A DNA stretch of 64,000 bases from contig NC_042997.1 in assembly GCF_006345805.1 (NCBI RefSeq), forward strand, positions 144,584,001-144,648,000. The letters are read 5' to 3'. The position numbers were made by a program, and so were the translations under genes. This DNA is from Octopus sinensis. Lineage: Eukaryota. This document shows, piece after piece, positions 25,451 to 38,330 of the stretch (position 1 is its first letter; each line of letters begins with the position of its first letter). The notes beneath the pieces are model-generated. The model was not told the DNA's origin and did no database searches. It worked only from the letters and a program-made list of their open reading frames with translations.

Positions 25451-25667
25451 CTCTAACTTATATCTTACACAACCTATATATATGATTAATTTATGAAGGT
25501 GTCATTAATTCTATGACACCTTCGTAAATTAGTTTTTGGTGAATTACTTTTCTCGTAAATTGTATCGAGATTATTTTACACTGGTGGCTGTTATGATTTC
25601 GGCGCGAAACGAATCAGTTGCAGCACAGACTTCGAAGCGTTAGGTTGGGAGTTTCTGATCATGGTAA

Positions 25668-25722
25668 CACATGCTGAAGAAGCTAAGGTTTTATTTTACC
25701 AATGCAGAAACCGGTCCACATG
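25668..25722 (+). ncRNA. PLE-type hammerhead motif, decayed stems
   Basis: CUGAAGA (25674-25680)...GAAACCGGUC (25707-25716) with palindromic ACCGGU stem III. Stem II pairs only partly (GC...GGU/ACC...GC); stem I has 2 immediate pairs. Confidence 0.6.
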
Positions 25723-25919
25723 AATCCAAATACTTAAATGTATGTTAGTAGATTGTCTTAGCCTGATTTTGCCTTTGTTTGATTTCTGTAGTTTTCATCA
25801 GTGTATTTTTTAGGTGATTTAATAAGAGTTTTGACTGTTATTTCTAGCAGGTAGACATACCTAGTATGTCCTTTGATTAATTATATATATATATTTATAT
25901 CAGTATTCAAGAAGACCTG

Positions 25920-26840
25920 TCCTCCACAGCAGAAGTGTTAAGGTCACATCCCCTGGTGAAGAGGATCAGCTTGCAAGAGTCCTGGTGTCAGAGTCACATT
26001 AAAAGCACCCAACATCCTCTGTTAAGTGGTTGGTGTTAGGAAGGACATCCAGCTGTAGAAACCAGGTCAAATCAGACTGAAACTTGGTGCAGCTCTCCTG
26101 CTTGCCAGCTCTGGTCAAACCATCCAACTTATGCCATCATGGAAAATGGATTTTAAAGAATGATGATGATGGTGATTGACCAATGCAGGTAGCAGACCAA
26201 AATTTTCAAAGTTACAGCCATCCCTTTTCTTGTAAAATTTTGCTGGTGCTATGTAAAATGCACCCCATGCACTCTGTATAGTGTTGGCGCTAGGAAGACC
26301 CAGACTTCACAGCAGAAGTGATAAGGCCACATCTCCTGGTGAAGAGGATTGGCCTACAAGTGTCCTGTGCCATGTACAGGCACTCATGCTGGTGTCACAT
26401 TAAAGCACCCAGTGCACACTGTAAACTGGTTGGTGTTAAGAAGGGCAGCTAGCCATAGAAACCAAGCTAAGTCTGACTGGAACCTGGTGCAGCTTTCCTG
26501 TATGTCAGGTCTGTTCAAATCATCTAACCCATGCCAGCATGGAAAAATGGACGTTAAAGGATTATGATTATGATGATAGACCAATGAAGGATCACAAAAC
26601 AAAACTTCAAAGTTACAGTCACACCATTTCTTGTAAAAATTTTGCTGGCACCATGTAAAAAGCACCCAGTACACTCTGTAAAGAGGTTGGTGCTATGAAG
26701 GGCATCCAGCTGTAGAAACCATGCCAAAACAGACAATGGAACCTGTTATGACTATCAGTCTTACCGGCTCCTGTCAAACAGTCCAACCCAAACCAACATA
26801 GAAAACAGACGTTAAATGATGATGATGACAATAATGATGA
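25920..26840 (+). repeat. Diverged tandem duplication (about 385-400-bp unit) containing family C tails
   Basis: cacagcagaagtg-taagg-cacatc-cctggtgaagaggat at about 25924 and 26309; gaccaatg...ttcaaagttacag at about 26178 and 26579. Confidence 0.75.
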
Positions 26841-27434
26841 TGTACTTTACCACAAGTATTAAGTAATTCTTCAGTTTGATATAAAACTGTTTGTATTATA
26901 ACTTGATATGAAAACAACCATTAACACACATACATACACACACAAGCACGTGTGAGTGTTTGGTTGTGTCTATATATAATCATATTCACTCACATTCATT
27001 AACTTATCAGTCTAGGTGCAATATTTAACTTACTAGACATTAACACAATACCACAGTTAAAAGTGCTCCAGGCTCAGAACCATGAAATGAAAATGGAACA
27101 TTAACATATTGACATCAATTGCCATTTATACCTGCGTTGCTTGTGTACATAGGTGTGTGATTGCATGTATGTATTTGAGCATGATTGTCTTTCTGTGTGT
27201 GCATGTGCAATGTGTACACATGTGATAAACCTTTTGATATCAGCATCGTGACTTTTATTGACTGTTATTTTAAAAGAAGGAAGTAGAGCACAACATATTA
27301 TTTCAATAATGTCTTTTCATGTTAATATTGTTATTTATCTTCTCTCTTCATAGATGAGAGAGAAAGAAGAGTATGATATATGCGCGTGTGCATGTGTGTG
27401 TATAATATATGTATTATATATATATGTGTGTATG

Positions 27435-27477
<43 letters not shown>

Positions 27478-27939
27478 ATATTATACATGTATGTGTGTAT
27501 ATTGAGAAAGAGAGAAAATAGTTTTAAAAAATATATAGCACAGTACTTAACATCTTTTAGATGTTTTTAACATAGAATTTTTTTGCTGTTATTATTTAAC
27601 CACTTCTGGGGTTATCCTTGATTGAACAAGTCTAGAACAAAAGGAATACAGTTCCTAGGCTTAATCATCCATATCCTTCCTTTTAGCTGTATAGCAAGGC
27701 ATGATTTCATAGCAGTTTTTTTCAGGCTGAAGAACCCGGGGTTTCCCTTATTTGGTTGGAGTAACTGTGCTGTGGATCTCCCTCAATCTTGGCATGGTAA
27801 ACTAAATTCTATACGCTTCCTTACCATACTATACACCTAGTTGTGTAGAATAGTAGCTAAAACACCAAAAGGGAAGTAAGCAATGCCAGACTACCAAATC
27901 ATCCAGGTGAAAGTACATCATCATTATCATCATATATAA

Positions 27940-28320
27940 CAATGCTCCACATTCCCTGAACTTTACCCAGCCAAGTCTTGCTCTTGCTGTGACAGCTGCT
28001 TCACATCCACCACTTACATCCACCCTATCTCCCAAACAACAAAACCCTCTCACCGTTTCCACCTCACCACATAATGTTTCCACTGGTCCTGCCAGCTCTC
28101 CATCTCCTTTCTCACATCTTCCACAAACAAACTCTCTTGCCAGTCTGGGTGGGGGAACATCTTCTTCATTTTCATATATCTACCATGAAACCATTTCTCA
28201 CATCTCGTACACAATACTGCATTTGCCATCACCCTCCACCCACATACACCACATGAATCCGCCTTACACACTAACACTTTTTCCACCCCACACACCATCA
28301 CCTTATGGCCTTGAGAAAAT
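27940..28320 (-). pseudogene. RTE-clade LINE RT C-terminal fragment with a Cys-rich insert
   Basis: CGVCGWRVMANAVLCTRCEKWFHGR...ETLCGEVETVRGFCCLGDRVDVSGGCEAAVTARARLGWVKFRECGALL (FxYLG and R-x-x-x-x-W-x-K-F-R-E motifs), frameshifted. Confidence 0.8.
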
Positions 28321-29204
28321 ATTAAATGATTATGATTTATTTACTACCCCTTAAGCATACATCTTGTCATATTCTTGTAGTCTTGGGATAATTGAACCCT
28401 TGAGGCCTGGATGTGTGGTTAAGAAGTTTGCTTTCAAACCACATAGTTTCAGGTTCAGTCCCAGTGAGTGGTATCTTGGGTGTGTGTATTGTGTAGCTCT
28501 GACCCAACCAAAATCTTGTGAGTGGATTCGGAAGATAGAAACTGAAAGATGCCCATTTCATTGACTTATGTATACATAGACATACATGTCTTTGATATTT
28601 TACTTGTTTCAGTCACAAGACTGTGGCCATGCTGGGGCACTGCATTGAAGAACTTTTTTGTTGAACAACTTGATCCCAGGACTTAGCAGTTCAGCAAAAG
28701 AGACCGATAGAATAAGTACTAGGCTTATGAAGAATAAGTCCTAGGGTTGATTTCTTTGACTAAAGGCAGTGCTAGGCATGCCTGCAGTCAGATGACTGAA
28801 ACAAATAAAAGAATAAAAGAACACACACACACACACACTAGGCTTCTTTCATTTTCTGTCTAACATGTCCACTCAACATGGTATTGGTTGGGCTGGGTGC
28901 AAAAGTAGAAGACACTTGCCCAAGGTGCCATGCAGTGGAGCAGAATCCAAACTACATGGTTAATAAACAAGCTCCTTAACTACAAAGCAATGCCTGCGAA
29001 TAATTAAAAGATAATTAAATATCTGAGATCATGGAAACAGTTTGCATCATCTTCAGTCTGTGTTTCATAATTTCCTTCCAATCCATTTGAATACAGAGTG
29101 TCTTTTATGTAAGTTCTTCATACAAGACATTTTATCAAAAACGTACTTTGGAAAGTACAGATATTTATAGAGTACCATGTGTTCATGTCCCTTTTTTTTT
29201 CCAG

Positions 29205-29239
29205 ATTCATTTAAAGAGGAAGAATGACATTAGTCAAAG
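29205..29239 (+). CDS. Candidate 35-nt exon (IHLKRKNDISQ)
   Basis: ccctttttttttccag|ATTCAT...CAAAG|gtattt. Strong acceptor, fair donor, one open frame. Confidence 0.25.
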
Positions 29240-32200
29240 GTATTTTATCAGGGTCTCTTGAAACTGGTGGGCGAAAAATCAAGGAGGAAGGAAACCCTCC
29301 AAAAAAATCATAGAATTTTACACAATGTTGAGTGATGATAAGCTGACTGGGACTGAATGACATGATCTGAATTTTTACAAGAATGGATTCCAAGTGTGGA
29401 TTCTGCTTTAAATACATCCTGGGTTGGATTCTTAACATCTCTGGGATTACTCAAAATTGCAAACTGGTGACAGGCATGGTTGTGTGGCTAAGGAGCTTGG
29501 TTTCAGATCTTGTTACACTGTATGGCACCTTGTCTTTTATAACCCTGAGCCAGCCAAAGCCTTGAATAGATTTGTTAGATGGAAACTGAAAGAAACCTGT
29601 TGTGTGTGTGTTGTAGCCAATTCAATGAACAATTAAAAAATGAATAAAAAATAGAGAAAAAACAAAAAAATGAACATGAGGATGTGCACAAGAATTATAT
29701 TAGTTTGATGTTTGGTAAAAGGGGAGAATTTTTAACATTCCAAGCATGGCTCTTTGTGGGAAAGGAGAAATGAAAAAGTCCAAAGAAGAAGGAAAAAGGA
29801 AAATCGTTAATGGTCCATATGTGGTTACATTTCTGAAGATAAATATATATCGTCATCATCATCATCATCATTTTTTAACATCCGTTTTCCATGCTGGCAT
29901 GGGTTGGACAGGCTGACTTGGGGACTGGCAAGCCAGTAGGCCACACCAATCTGATCTGGTAAGGTTTCTACAGCTGGATGCCCTTCCTAGTGCCAACCAC
30001 TCTGAGAGTGTAGTGGGTCCTTTTATGTGTCACTGGCATAGGGGACAGTTAGGCAGCACTGGTGTCAACCATCTTTGGATGGTGCTTTTTATATGCCACT
30101 GGCACAAGAGCCAGTTGAGGGAGGGGGTACTTACAGATATATATATCTTAATGTTTGTTTTTATGTTTAATCATAATACAAACAAGTTTACTTTAATCTG
30201 ATGGGTTACTCTATACTTCTGTAGAGTACAATGATATTCTTAAACAAGAATATTATTGACAGTAAGTTTGAAGTTTCGGCTAGTTAAGCCATCATCTTCA
30301 AAGTCACTGTTTGTCTATAATAAATAAATATTTTGCTTAGGCATAGTAATACTAATAACTTGGTGTAAGGTGTGTGTGGGGTGGGTGTCATTGTCTCGAC
30401 ACCATGAGATTCTTGTAAATGAATGTCACCTTCATACAAGCAGTGTCTTCAATTTCCAAACATCAGTAAAAACATGTCCAGCTGTTGGAAAATATTTCTT
30501 TATTAAGAAAACAGCCTAGAATTGGCAACAGGAATTGCATCCAGCTGCAGAAAATCTGCCTCAATAAATTCAATCACACCCATGCAAGCATGAAAATGTG
30601 GATGTTAAAATGATGATGATGATGATGATGATGACAATAATGGTGATGACAGCATTGGAAAGATATTCTTGGCAAAGTGAAGTTTAAGAAACACACTGAA
30701 GCAAGACAATTGTATAAAAGATGCATTGAAGCAAGAAAACAACAAAGTGAAGTTTAAAAAGTCCATTGAAGCAAGACCAGTTTTAATGTTGTACAAATCT
30801 GAGTAATTTCTCACACTGGACTGAGAGCAGATACTTGTAACAAAGGGACACGGTTGATTAAATCACCCACCACCACCATCAGAGAAATGACTGACCGAAT
30901 TGATCTTATAGGATTTCAATTCAGAACAACATAGTCATCATTGATTTTATGTGCTCTCTTCTGTGTTGACATGGGCTGAACAAGAATCCTTGAGAAAATG
31001 GTTTACAGATGGAAGCCTTCCTGATTCCAGACCCTTTTAGTGAGCATTAATGACATGCAGGAATACAGTGTACCAATTCTAAAAACTAGGGTACACGCAG
31101 TAACTTGAATATTTTAAGACCTTTCTGCTGATATTCTACACTTTCGTTCATTCTTTCACCAAATAAAACATGATGATGATAATGATAATGGGAACAGAGA
31201 GTAAAAATCTTGAGAAGTACATTGAACAAATAGGGGCTACAATAAGGATGGAGCATTGGCAGAAAATAACAACAGCAACAACGGTTTCAAATCTTGCCAC
31301 AAGGGCAGCAATTTTGTAGGCGGGGACGAGTCAGTTATATCAATCTGTGTTCAACTGGTTACATTTTTTATCAACCCCGAAAGGATGTAAGATAAAGTAA
31401 ACCTCGGCGGAATTTGAACTCAGAACATAGCGATAGGTGAAATACAAGCATTTCATCCAGCACACTAATGATTCTGCCAGCTCACTGCCTTAATAATAAT
31501 AATAATAATGATTGTTTCTACTACAGGCACAATGCCTGACACAGTGTAAAGAGGCTGGACATGTAAATTACAGAGATAATCCATGTGGTGGACTTCCACA
31601 CAGTTTCTGTCTGTCCAGTTTTCACTCACAAGTCTTGGCTTGACTTGAGGCTTGATATAGCAATTCCACTGCCATGCAATGGAATTGAACCAGTGATTTT
31701 ATTATTGCAATGTAAACGTTTTAACCATTGATACATTCACTTGGGTTGTAAACAAAATCATTTGCCAATTTAGCACCACCACATCCTAGGAGCCTTTAGC
31801 AGAGTCCACTTTTTTGCAGGGTTTCAGATGAGTTTTCCAATCTAGAGTCCTCTCAATATCTTGCTGTGCTGCTTCAGATTGCAGCAACACAGGAATATAA
31901 GTTCCTTTTTCTTTTCTTCCTTCTATATGTCTCCAAGGCTGTGAAAAGGATATCAGCACCACCTATTCTTCTCTAGTTAAAACACAAACATTTGTTTTCT
32001 ATTTTTTTAAAGAACCACTCAAATTCCACTCAAAGTTTAATATAGCTGAATGGTAAATGACAGAAAATGCCTTTGGCTGCAAAAACATAAACAATTTTTG
32101 CAACAGTATTAAAATATACAAATTTATTAAAAAAATCAATCCTCATGCAAGCTAACATAATTAACACATGTTTGCAAAATTGCAAATACATAAATACGCA

Positions 32201-32477
32201 TTAGAAGGCTTCGGGACGGATTTTTGTAATTGATTTTCAAATAGGGAATATGTGTTGCATTTGAGTATTGAAATGGGCTGTCATATTTCAATAATATTCC
32301 TGGTCTGTCACATCATATTTCGTAGATTTCTACATTTTCATCTGTTGCAGTGACGCTCTGTGAAAGTGATTTCTAAAGTGTTCAGTCAACTTTTATCTTA
32401 ACGTACTGTATTTCATATGGGTTTAGTTAATTGATTCCTGATAGAAGCTTCAGGAGACATCAGCTTGGACATGCACA

Positions 32478-33657
32478 CTAATATGTATGTATGTATGTAT
32501 GTAATCTGTGCCTGTATGTGAGTGGACATGTGTAGATGTGTGTGCACATACATATGTAAGACATTATGTATATACCCATGTATGTAAGTGTGCATGTATG
32601 TTCATGTTTTATGTATGTAAGTGTGCATGTATGTTCATGCTTTATGTATGTATGTGTGTGTATTATATATACATATATACACATATATATATACATCTAC
32701 ATACATATGTATACATATATATATACTTGCATACATATACATACATATATATACATACATACCTATTTTATATATGCATATATGTATACATACATTAATA
32801 TATATATACATACATACCTATTTTATATATGCATATATGTATACATACATATATATATATATACATACATACCTATTTTATATATGCATATATGTATACA
32901 TACATATATATATATATACATACATACCTATTTTATATATGCATATATGTATACATACATATATATATATACATACATACCTATTTTATATATGCATATA
33001 TGTATACATACATATATATATATATACATACATACCTATTTTATATATGCATATGTATACATACATATTATATATACATACATACCTATTTTATATATGC
33101 ATATATGTATACATACATATATATATATATACATACATACCTATTTTATATATGCATATATGTATACATACATATATATATATATATACATACATACCTA
33201 TTTTATATATGCATATATGGATACATACATATATATATATATAACATACATACCTATTTTATATATGCATATATGTATACATACATATATATATACATAC
33301 CTATTTTATATAGGCATATATGTATACATACATATATATATATACATACATACCTATTTTATATATGCATATATGTATACATACATATATATATATACAT
33401 ACATATATATATACATACATATATATCATACATACATATATATAACATACATATATACATACATATATATATACATACATATATATATACACATACCTAT
33501 TTTATATATGCATATGTATACATACATATATATATATATAACATACATACCTATTTTATATATGCATATATGTATACATACATATATATATATACATACA
33601 TATATATATACATACATATATAAATACATACATATATATATAATATACATATATATA

Positions 33658-33688
<31 letters not shown>

Positions 33689-33699
33689 CAACATACATA

Positions 33700-33735
<36 letters not shown>

Positions 33736-33788
33736 ATAATACATTATATACATACATTATAGATACATACATATATATATACTACATA

Positions 33789-33857
<69 letters not shown>

Positions 33858-33998
33858 ACACATATATACATACACATATATACATACACTATATACATAC
33901 ATATATACATACATATATATATACATTAATATATATATATATAATATAATATATATATAATACATATTATATATATATATATATACATATATATGTAC

Positions 33999-34029
<31 letters not shown>

Positions 34030-34042
34030 CATATATATGTAC

Positions 34043-34073
<31 letters not shown>

Positions 34074-34453
34074 CATATATATGTACATATATATATATAC
34101 ATATTATATATATATAATACATATATATATATATATAACATAATATATATAATATATATATATATACATACATACATATATATACATATATATATATACA
34201 TACATACATGCGGTGCATCAGCATGGCCGCAGCTCTGAGCTGAAACTAAAAAGAAAACAAAAAAATATATATATATATATAACCATATAATATAATATAT
34301 ATATATATATACATACATACATATACATATATATATATATACATACACACATATACATATATATATATATACATACACATATACATATATATATATATAT
34401 ACATACACACATACATATATAAATACATACATACATGCATAAATACATACATT

Positions 34454-34496
<43 letters not shown>

Positions 34497-34560
34497 ACAC
34501 ACATGAGCATACATATACATATTTCATATACATCATGGATATATACATGTGTATGTGCTT
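32478..34560. repeat. About 2-kb compound (TA)n/(TACA)n microsatellite with an embedded minisatellite
   Basis: 14 counted copies of acctatttt within a 50-56-bp unit (about 32750-33600). A short family A tail fragment lies at about 34210-34250. Confidence 0.95.
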
Positions 34561-35081
34561 GTGTATAATACTGTGTGTGTAGATGCAAAACAAGGTGGAG
34601 AGAATAGCACTTGAATACCAAAGGTAGAGCAAATATACCGTTTTATTGAAGCTGAAAAACTTCACAAACTATTACTCAATTTTTCTTGTCACTGATCATT
34701 AGAACAGAAATCTGTCTGATAATTTGTTACTTGAAGCAAGCAGTTTGTGAAGTTTTTCAGATTCAATACGCACTTATGTGTGTGTTGTGTGTGTGTGTGT
34801 GAAATGGTGCATGACTCAGTGGTTAGAACGTCAAGCTCACAATCATGTAGTAATGAGTTCAACTCCTGGACCGGGCTGTGCGTTGTGATATCACTTGTGC
34901 CAAGCTCTATCAGCCTTTGCCTTTCCTTTGCATAACATCTGTGGTGTGTAGAGGGTAGGCTGGTATGCATAGGTAAGTGCTGGTCTTCCATAAACAAATT
35001 GGTCTAGACATGTACCTCAGAGGGGAACTTTCTAGGTACAATCTCATGATCATTCATGACCAAAGGGAGTCTTTACTCTTA

Positions 35082-35153
<72 letters not shown>

Positions 35154-37536
35154 GGTTATATTTTTGATAACATAATAGGTTAGATAGGATGATGTCTATA
35201 TTACAATATTACAATAACCAATATGTTGTGCATTATAGTAATATTACGATCATGAAATTAGCATTAACTTATCTCACTCTTTCTTGTGGAACCCCTAGGA
35301 ACCTTTTGTGGAACCCCAGTTGAGAAACGCTGCTATATACTGTTTAATTACAAGGAAATGTTATTTGTTTTCATTTTTATAATATTGCATGATCAAACAT
35401 TAATATTTAGCACTCATATTACTTAAATATCCTTGAAACGAAGTCAAAGATACAAAATAAAATGTTTTCTCAGATTATGCAAATGTACCACTGGTGGTGC
35501 ATACGGTGGTTTGTCTTGTCTCTCACACCTACCTACAATTTTATTTTGAAAATATACAATCATATCAAAAATCTCAACACTACAAGATAAAATGATTAGT
35601 TGCAAACAATGTGAATAAATATATATTTGACAGAATAAACTGAATGCTAAAGGATTGAACCACCGATGGTACATGAGGCAAGTTAACTCTCTAGGGAAGT
35701 CAATAAAGTCTCAAAATATGCTAGAAAAATGGCACAGATGTATCATAATGTTTTGCAACAGTGTAGTTAGAGAAAATAAAAAAATTGCCAAGGCCGCCAG
35801 TACAAGGCGCAAAACAATTTTGATTGTTTAATGTTTGTCAATGGCACACCTAATAGTGAACAAGCAAAAACATATAAGAAAATCTCCAATGGTGGTTCAT
35901 TCAATGCTTTAGTTTGGCTATCATATTTACACATTTTTATGATACAATGCAAAGACTGGTAACTAAATCATTTTACAATATTTGAATACAAACCCAGTCT
36001 TAACCATAAACCCAACTGGATAACACTAATACACCATATTCAAAGAGTGCATATATCCCCACTATTCTTAGATCAGTTTTATACACATACATTCACTCCA
36101 TACACACAAACGACAGGCTTATTTCAGTTTCTTTGCTTCCATCCACCAAATCTACTCACAAGGCTTTGACCTACCTGAGGCTAAAGTAGAAAACACTTAC
36201 CTAAGGTGCTATGCAGTGGGACTGAACCAGAAACCACTTGGTTCAGAAGCAAACTCCTCAACCACTCAGACACACCTGCACTAGTTTATATTGGTTGCAT
36301 CTAACCCATGGAGTTGCACCATTGTGGCCTTCTCTCTACCTCACACAAATAGCAAGAGAGATCATTGCTAATCTTTGGTGTACAAAGTGTGTATATATAC
36401 ATTTATTAATTTGTTTTGCTAGATTCCTGATGTGACATCATGTGTTGAAACAAATATTGTTGTATTCTGGGTTGGTCATTTTTTTTTCTTTGCTATATAA
36501 ACACACACACTATATATAATTTTTTTTCACTTGTTTATTACTGTTCCTATTTTTTTATTTTAACTCATGTCCATTGTCAAAAAATTTCTGGACAATGGTC
36601 ATAAATTAAAATAATTAAATAAAAACAGTAATAAACAAATGAAGAAAAAATATATAGTGTGTGTGTGTTTAGTTGGCAAAAAAAAACCATGATCATCCCA
36701 AAATATAACAATATGTGTATATATATATTTCCATTTATAATTTGTGTAAGTTTTACAATAGGTATACAATACAGAATGAAAAATTAAAAAAACTCCTCCC
36801 TGAATCACATAAACTCATCAGGCCAGTTTCCTGGATTCTGTACGGCATATATTCCCCACCTGGATGGGATGCCGATCCGTCGCAGGATTACTCATCTTTG
36901 CCAGCTGAGCAGACTGGAGGAACATGAAATGTAGTGTTTCGCTTAATGCACCACTCAGTCCAGGAATAAAAACCACAATTTTATGTGTCCAATCGCAACC
37001 TTACAATCATAAGTCCAACACCTTAATCACTAAGCTATGCACCTCCACTTTACACAATATACCTTTGTGTTGTAAAAGGTATTTAAATGAGTTGGTGCAA
37101 GGGAGTGGAATTTGACCATAATACATGATCTCAAAATGTCCGCTCCAACTCTAGTGAACATGAAACAATGGGCTTACAAACGATGATGATGATGATGATG
37201 TTGATTAAAAAATCTGATTGTATGTTTGAGAACCTGGTAGAATCTTGTATAGTTAACCCTTTGGTTACCATATACCTGCTAAAATACACTGCCTTCGTTT
37301 CAATTAATTTTGGAAGTAATTTTTAACCTTTTACTTGTTTCAGTCATTAGACTGTGGCCATGCCTTGCAAAAGTATTAGGTGAATGAAACAACCCCAGTA
37401 CTTAAATTTTTTGCTAAACTTCTTTTTCTGAATTGCTAAGTTACAGGGATGTAAACATACCAACACCAGTTCTCAAGAAGAGGTATGGGACAAACACAGA
37501 CTCAAAGACACACACACACACATATATATGTATGTA

Positions 37537-38330
37537 CACTCCTAAAAAATTTCAGTAAAATTGCCATTACTCTGATAATATCAAAAGAAATCAAACGAAA
37601 TTCATACTGAATAAAATATATTATACATACAAACATTATACAAATTTGGAACACAAAACAATAAACATTTTCAAAGATATGAACGAAATATTAATTTTCA
37701 AACGATACAAAAATATGTACAACCTAATGGATTATTTGCTATATTCAATATTTGGTGCGACCAGCCTTGCTTCAATGACTGCATTAAGTCTTCTGGGCAT
37801 AGAGTCGACTAAATTTCTACATTTAACTGATAAAATCAATCTCCATTCATCCTGAAGGATATCTTTCAACTGTGTTGCAGTACGGGATTTTTTGTTCTCA
37901 ACCTTCCTTTTCAAAACACTCCCCAGATGTTCTATTGGATTTAAATCAGGTGACATGGTAAGCCAAGGTAATACCTTTACCTCTTTATCTGATAAAAACT
38001 TAGTCATCGTCTTTGAATTGGGGTCATTATCATGTTGGAACATAGAGTGTCTTCCTAGTTCCTTGATGCTTTTCAACATTATTTTCTGCAATATGTCACA
38101 ATAAAGCCTTGAATTCATTGTTTTCTCATTAAATGCGAGTCCCCCCACATCAGCTGCATTCATGCATCTCCAAAGCATGACACTTTTACCACTGTGTTTC
38201 ACAGTAGCCATAGTGCATTTGTTGCTGTTATCTTCACCTGGTCATTGCCATATTCGTTCAATACCATCTGATCCAAACAAGTTGATTTTAGTCTTGTCAG
38301 AAAAAAGAATTTTATTCCAAAACTCCTAAT
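37537..38330 (-). mobile_element. Tc1-family transposon remnant (DDE transposase C-half plus 3' TIR)
   Basis: FSDKTKINLFGSDG...TVKHSGKSVMLW...FQHDNDP...SPDLNPIEHL...LVDSMPRRLNAVIEA. D-to-E spacing is 32 (2-codon deletion from D34E), with an internal stop. TA|cactcc terminus at 37535-37542. The 5' half is missing. Confidence 0.95.

Larger units (their letters stand above)
23400..25880 (-). mobile_element. Penelope-like retroelement (Naiad-type), 5'-truncated, with an inverted terminal segment
   Basis: Minus-strand RT (GLYRDD), thumb, linker and C-terminal GIY-YIG pieces, followed at higher coordinates by a fold-back junction and a plus-strand HHR. Outer boundaries are approximate. Confidence 0.85.

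Noticed and set aside
25585-25665. Possible SECIS element in the Naiad terminal region (ATGA-N10-AAA...TGAT)
   Set aside because: The AAA-to-UGAN distance is about 46 nt, too long, and the helix does not form. The stops in the endonuclease frame are TAA/TAG, not TGA.
25770-25801. Minus-strand CUGAUGA...GAAA
   Set aside because: No stem II or III complementarity; likely chance.
30255-30310. Minus-strand UUGAAGA-UGAU-GGCU...AGCC-GAAAC-UUC motif
   Set aside because: C3 is missing, 4 nt are unpaired before stem II, and there is no stem I or III pairing. It may be an old HHR relic but cannot be supported.
32750-33600. CRISPR-like repeat-spacer appearance
   Set aside because: The spacers are only variable TA runs, the context is eukaryotic, and there are no cas genes.
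32566-33762. 398-aa and other long Y/I/H/T ORFs
   Set aside because: Translations of (TA)/(TACA) microsatellite, which lacks stops in some frames. The same applies to the ORFs at 15.5, 20.6-21.3, 46.7-47.9 and 63 kb.
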